The notes under the pieces: generated by a model | Seen by the model: the letters and a program-made list of their open reading frames with translations, nothing else | The model's database searches: none | What the model was told of the DNA's origin: nothing | Position numbers and translations under genes: made by a program | Part shown: positions 36,703 to 52,466 of the stretch, in pieces | How the letters are laid out: each line of letters opens with the position of its first letter | How positions within the stretch are numbered: position 1 is the stretch's first letter | Origin: the human T2T-CHM13v2.0 reference genome, Homo sapiens | Direction: 5' to 3' (one strand) | NCBI RefSeq assembly: GCF_009914755.1 | Contig: NC_060928.1 | DNA: 64,000 bases

Positions 36703-39700
36703 ACCCACGGCTCTCAGCAGGCCATTAGCTAGGTATCCTTGCCCCTGAGTTTCTGACAGAGCAAGTGTGCACTGGCTGTAAGCACCGCTGAGCCCCCATT
36801 TTCAGTTTTGGCTGTGGTCCTCATAACCTAATTATCAGAGGTAAAGGTTGATGTAGCAGATAAGACGCCACAACACTGCGTAACATGAAATTCAGGTAAT
36901 TTTTCCTCCCACCTCTCTTGGACCCTATCCTAAATGTGTTAAACGTCACTATATCTTTCCAACTATATTTTGTTTAAAAGCGATAAACCATGTGATTTGA
37001 GCCTCTTAATTTGCGGTGTGAGGTTTCCTGTCCATGACACCTGGGACAGCCTGCCTAATCGTGTATTTTAAGGTTACTATTGCATCAAGGGAACTGCCTA
37101 CATGACATTGTTGTAAGTGGGTTTTTGCACAGATGTGCAAGTGTTCCCACAGAAATATTCCCCCGCACCACTTGTTTGCTGGTAGAACTGAATACCTTCC
37201 CACAACTTGATTAGTCATTGTTTTTGCCTGGCTTTCTTGCTGCTTACAAAGAGCTCTTCCTTAATAGGGGCTTTTAGCACTTTGCCTATCATATATATTG
37301 CAAACATTTCCCGCAGTTAGCGGATTTTTTTTCTAGCTTTCTCATGCTCTATAAACATTTTGAATTTTTATGTAGGAAAATCTGTTGATCTTTTCCCTCA
37401 CATTTTTTGGCTTTTTCCTCATGCTTAGAAAAGCCTTTTCTACCCCAGATTATGAGGAAAAGGGAATCCATAGTTTATCCTAGTACTTTCATGACTTCAT
37501 TTAAAATATGGTTTATCTACCTGGGATTTATGCTGATATATGGAATGAGGTTAGACTCCAGACTTATGCTTTTCCAGATGGCTAAATGGTTGTCCCAACA
37601 GGTATTAAATAATTCATCTTTACCACGCTGATAATCTAAGTGTTGCCTTAGGTGATTTCTTTGGTAAAAATTTACTTCGGTAGATTTACTTAGGCTAAAG
37701 CTTTTAATTAGTATTTTTCTTTCCTAATCAGTTAAGTGGCACAGGTAACTCGATTATTGTTATTACTCCTAATATATTACTCATCTAAAACCAAGTTCAC
37801 ATTCTTGAGTATCTAGAAGGCTTTTTCCCCTACTATGCCTGACTCATTCCTACTCATCTTTCAGATCTCAGCCTGAATGTCAGTTCCATAGGAAGGCTGT
37901 CTCTGTAGTTGCAGATCAGTCTGCATGTCCTTAAGATATGTTCTCGTAGCTCTGCATTTCCGTATAGCACCTATACCATATTTTATTTTTAAAAGCTGAT
38001 GTTTTCTGTCAAACATCTTCCCTTTTTTGAGTGAATGTAAGAACACACGTGTAAATTAGCATCATGTTTTTTTTTTTTTAACTGTAATCCTAACACACAT
38101 TAACTAGTATTCAGGGTTTCATTAAACGTAGCATGGTATCAAATCTTCCATCTCATCTCCCAGGGAGTAAAATGAAAACCTCTTTTACACAATGGTGACG
38201 TTTGTACTGAGATTTCAGTATATTGACATGACACCATGGAGAATGACATTTTGGAATAAAATGTTTTATAGCAAAGTCATAGTCAGATTGTGTTAAATAT
38301 TGATATGATCATTTGAGCTATGTACTAAGTGGCAACTCAAATTTTTTAATGGACTAAAGTATCGGTAATATGTCTGATCTATGGTTGAATATTGCATTGT
38401 AGTTGTTTCTCAATTTCTCTTTTTGGAATTGACTCCTGCTGTTTTTGGTGGTGGTTGTCCTCCACAGTGTCTTTGCAGACAAGTATTATCCAGAGTATTT
38501 ACCTGGGGTTAGAAATTCTCAAATATTAGTAAACATAAAATTTGTTTATATTTACTAAACAAGGAGTTTGATAAAAATGAGTATTTCTGCTTCCCCATCT
38601 CAGAAATTTTGATTCATCGGTCTGGGGTCAGGCATTTAAAACAATCTCTTCAGTGATGCTGTTGTAGATGCTACCAGACACCATGTAGAGAATTGCTTCA
38701 TGGCCCAACCAACCCTTGCTAGTTCCCTCTAATTGCTTTGTGATGTTCTTCTTGTCCTCTCTGCTATCCACATCCCAAAATCCTTCAATTCTCAGTTCAA
38801 ATCACACCCATGAGGTAGCCCTGGACTGACTACTCCAGTCAGAGGTGCTGTCTTTGAGCTCCCGTAGCAGTGAGTTATTTCATGAAATGTTAGAAATATT
38901 GTATACTAATAACACATTATGACACAGTATTGCAACATTTAAAATAAAGCAACATAATTGAATTTATCATTTTGAGATACTGTGATTCAGAGGTCTAGTT
39001 TTAAGTTCAGAGGTCTAGTGTTAAGTTCAGTTTATTTCAACACTGACTTTAATAGCTGTTATAACCGAAAACCTATGAAATTTCATTGATTCAAGCGAAG
39101 AATATCATTACCTGTACTTACTAAGTTATGTTATAAGTTTTGCAATCTCATCCACCAATTTTCAAAAAGCACTTTGGTGAAATTCAGTAAAGTTATTATC
39201 TTCCCTGACCAATCAATTCTCAAAGCTAATCATAAAATGATGATTTTTGAACACATAATATATACTTATGGTACAATATTCAAAAGTGAAAAAATGAAAA
39301 GGTTCCCTCCCACCTTTGTTCCTGGTCACTGTTTCCACTCCCCCAGGGGCAACCAGTTCTATTAATACAGGAGCATTCTGAGCATGTAGATATTATTTTC
39401 TGACCCATTTTGTGCTTACTACCATAATGAATGCAGAAGGACATGGTTCTCCCACACCATATCTCCTCCACATTCCTCAGGCTTATTTGCTTAGAATTTC
39501 ACTAACCACTTAATATGACTACAGTTGTAGTAACATTATGGTTCATGGTCAAAGAATGATCACAATTACTCCTACTTTCTTATACAACACCTGCCTCCCA
39601 TACTATTTTTTTTTTTAAGTCACTACCTGATGGGGATGTACTGGAATCTGCACTGGCCTCAATGTTCAGCAAAAATCTGCTCTTAGGCACTGACCTTGGC

Positions 39701-40191
39701 CTTTGGGAGGCTACATAGCTAACTTCCACCTTCAATATTGTCTTTGTTATTCCAGAAATTGTACCTGATCAATAATAATGGTTTGGTTTTCAGACAAACA
39801 TCATATCTGGTCAGATTAACAGCATCTGCAGTATTAACGAAGCAAGCATATTATTAAGGTGATGCTAATTGCTAAACTACACAAGTAGCTTGACATGGTT
39901 TTTTTGGTCACATTAAAGTGACTGAGTTACTGGTCTTTGGACCTCTTTCCTGTCCAAAGTGAATCAAGGATCAGCTCCTTCTATCTTGCGGGTCCACTAT
40001 CCCCTAGAGCCTGACAGTCATCTGCATCCAGCCAGCAAAATGCAAAAAAGAACACAGAGAAGGTATATTCACTTCTAAAACACCTTGGCCTTGAAGTAAC
40101 ACACCAATTCTGTTGTCACTCCATCGGCAAAAACTGATATGCACTATCTAGATATAAGGGGATCAGGGAAATGTACTTTTTGACTGGCTAG

Positions 40192-40829
<638 letters not shown>

Positions 40830-41791
40830 TAAAATAAAGGTAAACAAAAACATTCCAGTTATAAACTGAAGTGAAAAAAAAAATCTCACTGCAATGTAAG
40901 CTTTATGAAGGCAGGAATTTTTGTCTGTTTTGTTTATTGCTAAATTCTTAGCACTTGGCACTGTGTAGGTGGTCAATAAATATTTGCTGAGTGACTGAAT
41001 GTGCTTCTATTAATAAGCAAAAACATTAATGTGTATGTACTACAAAAGTAAACTGCTACAAATAATAATTGTAGAAAGTGTCAATGTTTTGTACAGAAAC
41101 TGATACTGAGAACTTTCTGGTAGTTGAATAACAGGGAAGTAGAAGGATAATATTTAAAATAGTAAGACTAGATAATGTCTAAAAGAATAACTCAAAAATG
41201 TAAAAAAAATTTAAATAATAATATATGGTAGAATAATACAGATCTGGTTATTTTTCATTCATTCTAATGCAGAATTGGTGTGCTAAAATTCAAAATTTTA
41301 AACAAAATAAGTGTTAAGAACTGTTTGATTTTTAGTTAATTTATGCCACTTAGATAATTAGTTTTTAGGAAGAAGTACAATTTGGGAATTCTTCAGTCTT
41401 TTGGGGATAACTTAAAAACAGTATGTCAACTTTCCTACCCAAATTTCATGAAAACAAAAAAAACAAAAAAAACTCCAAAGACATAAATATCATATATGAT
41501 AAATCCCCTTGAATTTGGATAAAGAATGTGAAGAAAAGGAGAAAGTATTAGAGAAAAATGAGATACCCACAAATATTCTCTTCTCAGTAATCAAATTTGA
41601 AATTGTATCTTAAATGTGAAAGCTAAAACTATAAATCTTCTAAAAAAATAGAAGACTATTTTCATAATATTCAAGTTAACAAAGATTTGTTAAAGCACTA
41701 ACCATAATACAAAAAGAAATCTGATAAATTAGATTTCATCAAACTTGAAAACTTCTACTCATCAAAATATACCATTAAGAAAACAAACAAT

Positions 41792-42316
<525 letters not shown>

Positions 42317-42651
42317 ACAGAACTACAAATTAATAAGAACAAGATAATCTATTTTACAAGTGGCCAAAACCCTAGACAAGTACTTGCAAAGAGGTATCTG
42401 AATGTCTCATAAGCATATAAAAAGGTGTTTAACAACACTGATCAAAGAAAATTAAATTAAATTAAATCAAAATTAAATTAAATCAAAGTAAATTAAAGTC
42501 ACACTGGGATACCATTAAACAACCACCAGAATGAGTAAAATTAAAAGGACTGACAATCACAAGTGTTTGTAAAGATATGGAGCAACTGGAACTTCCATAC
42601 ATTGTTGGTGAGAGTGTAAAATGATACAGTCACATTAAAAAGTGTTTGGCA

Positions 42652-43661
42652 TTGACAAATGGGATCTAATTAAACTAAAGAGCTTCTGCACAGCAAAAGA
42701 AACTACCATCAGAGTGAACAGGCAACCTACAGAATGGGAGAAAAATTTTGCAATCTACCCATCTGACAAAGGCCTAATATCCAGAATCTACAAAGAACTC
42801 AAACGAATTTACAAGAAAAAAATAAACAACCCCATCAACAAGTGGGTGAAGGATATGAACAGACACTTCTCAAAAGAAGACATTTATGCAGCCAAAAGAC
42901 ACATGAAAAAAATGCTCATCATCACTGGCCATCAGAGAAATGCAAATCAAAACCACAATGAGATACCATCTCACACCAGTTACAATGGCGATCATTAAAA
43001 AGTCAGGAAACAACAGGTGCTGGAGAGGATGTGGAGAAATAGGAACACTTTTACACTGTTGGTGGGACTGTAAACTAGTTCAACCATTGTGGAAGTCAGT
43101 GTGGCGATTCCTCAGGGATCTAGAACTAGAAATATCATTTGACCCAGCCATCCCATTACTGGGTATATACCCAAAGGATTATAAATCATGCTGCTATAAA
43201 GACACATGCACATGTATGTTTATTGAGGCACTATTCACAATAGCAAAGACTTGGAACCAACCCAAGTGTCCAACAATGATAGACTGGATTAAGAAAATGT
43301 GGCACATATACACCACGGAATACTATGCAGCCATAAAAAATGATGAGTTCGTGTCCTTTGTAGGGACATAAATGAAGCTAGAAACCATCATTCTCAGCAA
43401 ACTATCGCAAGGACAAAAAACCAAACACTGCATATTCTCACTTATAGGTGGGAATTGAACAATGAGAACACATGGACACAGGAAGGGGAACATCACACAC
43501 CGGGGCCTGTTGTGGGGTGGGGGGAGGCAGGAGGGACAGCATTAGGAGATATACCTAATGTTAAATGACGAGTTAATGGGTGCAGCACACCAACATGGCA
43601 CATGTATACATATGTAACAAACGTGCACATTGTGCACATGTACCCTAAAACTTACATAAAA
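42652..43661 (+). mobile_element. 5'-truncated L1PA (approximately L1PA3-5): ORF2 C-terminus + 3' UTR, frameshifted
   Basis: [16 protein letters not shown]...[18 protein letters not shown]; perfect 15-bp TSD AAAAAGTGTTTGGCA at 42637-42651 / 43662-43676. Confidence 0.95.
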
Positions 43662-44509
43662 AAAAAGTGTTTGGCAGTTTTATTAAAAATAAATACACAA
43701 CTACTCTGATATAGCAATTTGGTGCCTAGGTATATACCCAAAGGAATGAATACACATATCCACAAAAAACCAAACCAAAACAATACACACAGAATGTTTA
43801 TTATAGCTTTATTCATAATAACAAAAAATTGGAAATAAATGTCAACAGGTAAAAGGATAAATGAATTATGATATATTCATATAATCAAATAGTCTATAAC
43901 AATAAAAAAAAGAAGAAGTACATTGCTGAAAGAAGCCAGGCATAAAACAATATATACTGTATGATTCCATTCACATGAAATCTGAGAACAACCAAAACTA
44001 ACAGATCTTTAGAAAAGAAGAGTTATTTCTGCGAGATGTATAGACTAGGAAAGGGCATAAGAGAATTTGAAATTTTTAATACTTTGATCTGAGTGTATAC
44101 ATTTTTATATGATCTTGATACGAATGTATACACATGTAAAAAAATCAAGTACACTTATGATTAGTGCACTCTATTTACTGTATATTTGTGATTTCTTACT
44201 TAGAAAAAAGGAGATGGACAAATTGGCCTGGCATGGTTTACTCAATAGATTTGATGACAGAGAGAAAAACCTATCAGCATACATATCACTTGCAAGTAAA
44301 TAAAAATTCACTCTCAGACTATGTAATATTAACATAAACAAAGCAAAGAAAAAAACCCTGAATCATGACTCATAAGGAAACATCTAAAATATTATATAGG
44401 AATATATTATGGACCAGCCACTGTATGTAACCATATCTTGATAGCAAAAATAGCATGGAAGATGAAAAACAGTATCGAATTTCAGAATATTATTTTTAAA
44501 AAGTAGATA

Positions 44510-44840
44510 CAGGTTGAGTATCCCTTATCTGAAATGTGTGGGAACAGAAGTGCTTCAGATTTAACTTTTTCAGATTTTGGAATATTTACATATACATAAT
44601 GAGATATCTTTGGGATGGGAAGTCTAAACATGAAATTCATTCATGTTTCATATATACATAGCTTGAAGGTAATTTTATACAGTAGTTTTAATAAACTGTT
44701 GTGTGCCTTTGTTTTGACTGACCTGTCACATGAGGTCAGGTGTGAAATTCTCCATTTGTGCTGTCATGTTGGCACTCAAAAAGTTTTGGATTTTGGAGCA
44801 TTTCAGATTTCAAATTTTTGGATTAGGAATGCTCAACCTG
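44510..44840 (+). mobile_element. MER46/Tigger4-type MITE
   Basis: TIRs CAGGTTGAGTATCCC / GGAATGCTCAACCTG with TA TSDs. Confidence 0.85.
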
Positions 44841-45149
44841 TAATTCTTTATGCTTTTGATTCTACAGAGGCTAAAATTTAAACAAAAAGCTTGCTGAAAT
44901 TACTGCTATAGACTATGCATTATTTCTGTAAATAAATACAAAATTGAAATTTCCCTAAGCAAATCAAATACGAAAACAAATTGAAAAACTTTTTATTTTC
45001 TAAAAATATCTTCTGTGGCGCACATCTTATTGAAGTCAGCATCTACTGCAATTGTGGAGTATTATGCCGTAAGGACCAATCTAATTATAGCTGACAAGAC
45101 TCCAATTTGCCTATACTTTTAATGTCAAATTTTTAAAAAACTGATTACT

Positions 45150-46650
45150 AAATAACATACTTTCTAAGAAATAAAATTTCAAATTTCCTGCTTATTTATA
45201 CACTTTCCATTGTACTCAAATACTTTGTTCCCAGTTTTCCTAGATACCTACTTCCTGGAACCTCTGTCCTACTTACTTGACACAGTAGTCATCCTGGGAC
45301 TTTCCTCGTTTTCCTTTGTGACATCTTTTAGTTTCAGGATCCCATGCCTTCTCAGATTACTCCCTCATTTTGGTAAAGCACATCCTCCAAGTGGCTTCCT
45401 AAGAAAAGGTAGATGGTGAGATAAAATTCTGAGACCATGCAAGTCTTAAGGTATCTTTATTTTAGCCCCACTCTTGATTGGATTATTTGAGTACAAAATT
45501 CTGCGTTGGAAATCATTTCTTTTTAAATTTAAAGACCTTGCTTTCATAGTCTTTCCGCATCCAGTGTTGCTACCAAGAAATCTAAATGCCATTTTGAAAA
45601 CGTATCCTTTTTATGTAACTTTCTCCGCTACATTTATTGGGAAGCTTTTAGGTCCTTCCATAACTCTAGCATTCTGAAATATCCTAACAATGTGCTTTGG
45701 TATTTTTTAATTCATTTCACAGGGCACTTAGTGGACCCTTTTAATTTAGAAGACTAAAGTCTTATTATTTCCGGGAAATGTTATTTTAATTTTTTTCTCT
45801 CTTCACCTTCTTTCTCTGTTCTCTCATTTTGGAACTCATTTATTAGATGTTGCATCTTATTCAGGTTTAAGTTTCTTTTTTGTTCTTGCCTGCTTTTCAT
45901 CTCTTTGTTCTACTTTTTAAAATTTCTTCAAGTTATTTTCTAATACATCTACTGAATGTTTACTTTTGGTTTCCTGTTTTTCCAATAGCTTTTGTTTTTG
46001 GATTGGTCATTTTTTAAAATAGCATCCTGATCCTATTTGATGGAAGCAGTATATTCCTTTCTGAGAATATCACAGCTTCTTTATGTTCATCTTTCATGTT
46101 GAAGGTTTCCTCAAATATCTAGTGATCCTTGGCTATCTGTGTACAGTGATTCCAAGTGACTGAAAGCTGTATATGAAGGAGCAGGCCTTGTGGACTCTCA
46201 GTTTCACTGTAACAAATAATCGAGGGTCAAGCTGTTTTTTTACTGCTTGTCTTTTTCGGTCAGGTGAGCAGGGCTGGGTATAAGCCCCATTGCCAGATTC
46301 TGTAGCCAGGTGGAGAAAAGTGGACTGGAGGCTCATAATGTTCAGAATACTCACATTCTGTTAATCATTTTGTCTTCCATATAGCACATCACTACCATTA
46401 CCATCCTCCCCCTGTCCTCAGTTCTAAGTCTGTTTGGTTTAATTTCTCCAGACAATAAGGCTTCAGTCATCTGCTAGAGAGATAGCTGCCTGCCTACAAA
46501 AGAAGAGCAAAAATAAATGTTCAAATAATCCCCTTGTTTCAACTTTCTTTATTACTCCCACCTTCCAGGGTACCTTGTGCCTTTAAATCCTCAAGTCTTT
46601 TGGGGGTTCTGGAAGGCAAAGATAGGTGTTCCAAATTTGTGAACCTTTTC
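45150..46650 (-). mobile_element. Degenerate L1/HAL1 ORF1-region fragment
   Basis: T-rich strand with reverse-complement ORF1 C-terminal motifs around 45480-45590. Confidence 0.5.
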
Positions 46651-46774
46651 TGTGATGAAGAATGGGTATCATAACTGTGCTACCTATCGAGTATTTTTTG
46701 TTTTTAAAGAGTGATATACTTTCCCTTCATGGTAAAGAAGAGTGAGAAAGTAACTGCTTAAAACACACACAGAT

Positions 46775-47064
46775 GGCCAGGTGCGGTGGCTCACGCCTGT
46801 AATTCCAGCACTTTGGGAGGCTCAGGTGGGTGGATCATGAGGTCAGGAGATTGAGACCATCCTGGCCAACATGGTGAAACCATCTCTACTAAAATACAAA
46901 AAATTAGCTGGGCATGGTGGTGCGCACCTGTAGTCCCAGCTACTCAGGAGGCCAAGGCAGGGAAATTGCTTGAACACAGGAGGTGGAGATTGCAGTGAGC
47001 CGAGATCGCACCACTGCGTTCCAGCCTGGCGACAGGGTGAGTCTCCATCTCACAACAACAACAA
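46775..47064 (+). mobile_element. AluSc-like
   Basis: Full dimer. Confidence 0.9.
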
Positions 47065-47304
47065 ACCACAAACCCAAACTACCTGCTGTTGAGACAGCAT
47101 TTAAAAAATTTGTGTTTGCAAATATTGTAATGGTTATGTGGTTATTTTAGCTAAATACCACGTGTCTCCTATAAAAACTCTCATATCTGCAATTGGGCCT
47201 CCTCTTCTGACACTCAACAACAGTTCTAAGAAATAAATAAATAAATATATAAGAAATACAACTTGGGTCAACTATGTGTGAGCCTTCCTTGCCCCCAGTC
47301 TCTT

Positions 47305-47476
47305 ATTATTAAATATTATTATTTTAGAGATGGGCGGTTGCTCTGGTGCCCATGTTGGAGTGCAGTGGCATGACCATAACCCACTGCAACCTCAAACTCC
47401 TCAGCTCAAGCAATCCTCCCAATTTAGCCTCCTGAGTAGCTAGGACTACGGGTGTGCACCAGCACTGCTCCTGGCT
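47305..47476 (-). mobile_element. Alu right monomer
   Basis: Single arm. Confidence 0.8.
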
Positions 47477-47592
47477 ACTAGTCAATTACTTAGACATAAG
47501 AAAACAACACATACTGGAAAGAGTCAAGACAGTTCCTGGGAACAACTACATAGACTAAAACCCAAGCTTAATCCATGCCACTAACATATTTA

Positions 47593-47745
47593 TAGGGTTG
47601 CAGATAAAATGCAGGAAACTAAATTTGAATTTCAGATAAATAACATAACTTTTTTTCTGGTATATGTGCCATATTTCATTATTTTTCTGAAATTCAAATG
47701 TATTCGGGTGTCCTGTATTTCTTTTTGCTACATCAGGCAACCCAA
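47593..47745. mobile_element. MER53 palindromic MITE, centrally deleted
   Basis: AGGGTTGCAGATAAAATGCAGG...AATTTGAATTTCAGATAAA / TCTGAAATTCAAAT...TCCTGTATTT...GGCAACCC inverted arms. Confidence 0.75.
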
Positions 47746-48038
47746 CCCATTTAAAGAAACGTGTCCCAAGTAGGATGTGACAACACAGAAAAACTGCATT
47801 CAAAGAAGGAAACTGGGGTCTGGTCCAAAGCTTTCAAGCCATGGGAGTCTACTTAAGTACCAAGTAGGTAGACAGGGATCAATATCATATAACACACTTT
47901 GCAGTAAGTCTACATGGAATGCATTGTCTGTGGCCAACATTAATGCCAGCTTTCAATTGATTCAGAAATTAGAGTTCTTCAGGTAGTGGCTGCACCCTTC
48001 TTTCACCAGAGCTCTGCCAGTCTATCAGGCCATTCTGG

Positions 48039-49375
48039 TTACTCAGGGTGCAACCAGAAAGCCCACCTAGGGTCTTTTTTGATGGAAGATGGCCATGCCC
48101 TTGGGCTGTTCCACTTGTTTGGGTACCTCTCAAAGAAGTTGCCCCTACTGGTCCATTGCTTAATTAATTTATTGTAAACCAAAACCATCAGCTGATACAT
48201 TGGAGTGTCAGGTGCCACAGCTGATACCATAGATGGAAGGGTAGTATCAGGCATAGGCTGAGCAGTTAACCCAAACTTAACAATTTCTCCCCAAATAAAA
48301 CTATAGTACCAGCTCCTTATTTTGCAACACTCATTTGAGGAGTTTCATCTGGTTTCTGTTGCTAATTTGAGAAACTAGCTTGGTTTATGTGTATACTAGG
48401 AAGTCAGTTTTAATCTTGTTAAGCTAACCAGTATCCTGAGTCCCTCCTGAATGATTGTTGTTATATAGAGCCTAACTCCCCTAATGATCCCAGGAATTTT
48501 CATATCACGTGTCAGAATCTTCCTAAATAAACTGCCCAAATTCCAGTCAACTTCGTTTTATGATTCAACTTGAAACTGTTGCTAACGTTTTTAACTGACT
48601 CCACAGTTTAGAAGAAATAACCCTATCGCTGTCTTCCTGTTACACTGTTATTTTCCTTTTTTTTTTTTTTTTTTTTTATACCAGGTACCAGTGTAACACC
48701 AGCACTTTGGGAGGCTGATGTGGGAGGATCACTTGAGCTCAGGAGTTCCTGACCAGCCTGAGTGAAACTGCCTCTACAAAGAAATACAAAAATTGGCCTG
48801 TGTGGTGGTGTGCACCTGTAGTCCACAGCTACTGATGAGGCTGAGGTGGGAGGATGGCTTGAGCCCAGGAGGTCGAGGCTGCGGTGAGCCAAGATTATGC
48901 CCCTGCACTCCAGCCTAGGCAAGAGCGAAACCCTGTGTCAAAAAAATAAAAAAATAATAATAATAATAAAAGAAAACCAGGCATTCATTTTCCAGAGCTC
49001 ATTGAGAATAGCTGGTCATAGCTCTCACAGAAGATGGGAAGCCAGCAAGTGTCAGGTCACTGTGGTATATCCTCATCCTTTCCATTTCTTGGTCTCAGTT
49101 GCAAACTTAAGTCTCACTGCGGCTGCTAATTGAAAGGAAGAGCTTGGCAAACTGCATGGAATTAGCAGACTCAAATATGTAGTCATTAACTCAACTGTAT
49201 TTAAAATTATTTGAGACACATCATAGACATTTTTCTTTTAGCAACAGCAAGTTGACATAGAAGTACTGGTGGTTGGTCCAGCTAATGTAACTCCCTCAGT
49301 CCAATGGGTATCACTGGCGGACAGATACGTTACCAGCTTGCACAGTTAACTCATGAAGTCTGAGAAGTTATCCAT
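48039..49375 (-). pseudogene. Degenerate coding-like remnant, candidate endogenous bornavirus-like nucleoprotein (EBLN) element, split by an AluJ
   Basis: Non-repeat sequence; collinear by-eye motif matches to bornavirus N recalled from memory (see findings); multiple stops and frameshifts; not statistically tested. Confidence 0.35.
48699..48975 (+). mobile_element. AluJ, 5'-truncated
   Basis: Dimer with (AAT)n tail. Confidence 0.88.
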
Positions 49376-50177
49376 ACTTCTCAGGCTGTTCTATATGTCC
49401 TAGCTACCTGAGCAAAACACTTTTGGCCCTGATCTTTGTGCCACTACCTTGTGATTAGCAGATATAATTTAAATCTGGATACAAAATATCTATATATTTT
49501 CTCCATTTCCTTGGCTGAGTATCCGTTGTGGGGGTTTAATTGAAGTCTGCCCTCCAGATGAATCTTCATTATACTTGGATGGCTGCTCCATTCAATTCTT
49601 TTATATGATTCTCCACTATAAGCTATTTTCAATATGTGAAGGGCCAACATATGGATTAGGGTTTAGGTTTATTTAATATGACCCTAGACAGCAGAAATGG
49701 CTTGGGGTAACATATAGGTTCATATATTTTAAAACTAATTTCCTATGTGTAGTAATCTTATTTAGTTTTGCATTCCCAGTGTCTGCACTAGAGTAGGCAC
49801 TTCTCCATAGCAATATTGGATGAATGGCTAAATTTCTAACAAGAGATATTTAAAACTAACAGGCTGCTCCAAAAGACATATTCTCTAACACTGGAGCCAA
49901 AAGTAGAAAGCCAGATGCAAGCCAACTTACGCATCAGAAAATAACCCAAGTGACTTCTAAAGTCTTTAAATGCTTTAGCTATTTACACTATCAAAACATT
50001 TTCATCAGAGACTTTTTTTTTAAAATATGGACAGGTGTGATAGAAGACCCAGCAGGAAGGGCTTCTATCCCCTAGAGGGGACCTATCATATGCCCTCCTG
50101 CCATGCATGTATGGATTTTTTTCTTTTCTTAGGAAGCAGATGGGATTAAAAGACGTGATTATGGTCTTTGAGGCTCA

Positions 50178-50516
<339 letters not shown>

Positions 50517-51023
50517 CTATCTGCACTGAGAAAGTAAAAGACAGTTAATGTCCACTGGTTTAGAAATAGTTTCCTTACTCCTTTGATAAATATTTCTATA
50601 AATAGAGGATAAAATAATCTTTTTATCTTAATTATGGTGACTGCATTTAACAGAAGCCAACATAGGGAGTGCAAAGGTAGTAAATTCATTCCCAAACCCA
50701 GTGTTTATGCCACACAAAAAGTTAACTTAAGGCTTATTTAGGTACCTGTTATTTTGTGCAACCTGGAATTACTTAAAATACATAAACAAATAAGCTCACT
50801 TTGAATCTTGACTGAATATCAGACATTTTCTTCTTCAAGTGTGTTTCTTCTCTAGAGACGCCAAGTCATCTCCTGTCAGACATACTATATAGATTCAGGT
50901 ACTGTATCTATTAACTCTATTCAGTACTTAGTGAATGTAGAATATGCCTTAAGCAAAGTAGGATCTATTTCATTTGTTGAGGACAAATGACCATACTCTG
51001 TTCAGCATGTACAAAGCTATTGG

Positions 51024-51029
51024 TTTATT
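51024..51029 (-). terminator. Candidate distal polyadenylation signal (AATAAA) of DCAF16
   Basis: TTTATT on the plus strand, about 2.8 kb downstream of the DCAF16 stop codon. Confidence 0.5.
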
Positions 51030-51480
51030 CAGCTGCCAAGCTGGGGAAAGGCTTCCTTTCGAAGTGAATAGCAAAAATGCATTCATGAGCAAGGCACTTT
51101 TATACACACACAGAGAGAAAAAGGAACGTATTATGAACACATGAACATAAACATATTTTAATATTCAGACCTCTTCCCTACCTCCTCCCACCTCCACTTA
51201 AACAAACAAACAAAAAAAAAGGAAACAGTTTCCTGTAACATTTTAGAAACCAGTTTCACAGAATACCTACATAGGAACAATTTCTGATACATTCAGTTAC
51301 ACTAACAATATGATATGGTTTCAGGTCAATAATTTCCACTAACAAATACTTTTATTCTACAATTCCCTCTTTTTTCCTTTAGACAAGACAACTAAGGCTC
51401 AGCAGAAATATTCACTAGGTTATAAGCATTCTTCTCTCTTCTTAAAGTTGCTATATATTTACACAATTTGTGATTCCTAA

Positions 51481-51841
<361 letters not shown>

Positions 51842-52193
51842 TAAAATAAGGAAGAGGATATATATATAACTTTTCACAATCTCTTTTCTGATTCCCTTTA
51901 GATGCCCAGTCAACCAGGACCACACACAGATTTCATTTTATTTGTAGAGTATATGAAAAGATTTAATAGTCTCATGCATTTTATTTTACGTATACTGATT
52001 TCTACGTTTTGACTGACTATTTAAATAAACAAAACAAGACTCATTTACAAGGGCATATACTCTTCCTTGTTTGGCCAGAAGAAAATCTATAGCTAAATCT
52101 ACTTAGAAAAACAATGCTGCTAAAACTCTTAACTTCAGATTGTATTAGGCTGAGATTTTCTAATAACAAGGTTCTTTAAAATTAGAAGGGTTC

Positions 52194-52466
52194 AATCCCA
52201 GCACTTTGGGAGGCCGAGGCAGGTGGATCACGAGGTCAGGAGATCAAGACCATCCTGGCTAACACGGTGAAACCCTGTCTCTACTAAAAATACAAAAAAA
52301 TAGCCAGGAGTGGTGGTGGACGCCTGTAGTCCCAGCTATTTGGGAGGCAGGGCAGGAGAATGGCACGAACCCGGGAGGCAGAGCTTGCAGTGAGCTGAGA
52401 TCATGCCACTACACTCCAGCCTGGGCGACAGAGCAAGACTCCGTCTCAAAAAAAAAAAAAAAAAAA
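52194..52466 (+). mobile_element. AluY in DCAF16 3' UTR (antisense to the mRNA), 5'-truncated
   Basis: Y diagnostics (ACCATCCTGGCTAACACGG, GGAGAATGGC, GAGCTTGCAG); TSD AAAATTAGAAGGGTTC 52178-52193 / 52467-52482. Confidence 0.95.

Noticed and set aside
42642-43371. L1 ORF2 reading frames
   Set aside because: 5'-truncated, frameshifted L1PA copy; not retrotransposition-competent
47593-47745. MER53 hairpin as a miR-1302-type precursor
   Set aside because: The central part carrying the mature-like TTGGGACATACTTAT sequence is missing
48330-48365. QQKPDETPQ resembling a Gag major-homology-region motif
   Set aside because: Isolated short match lacking the downstream F/Y..R and with no LTR context; kept only as an alternative to test against the EBLN idea
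48520-48615. KLWSQL...EFGQ resembling mononegaviral L motifs B/C (KLWTIL...GQGDN)
   Set aside because: Catalytic GDN is absent; it shows how easily by-eye matches arise, which is why the viral hypotheses carry low confidence
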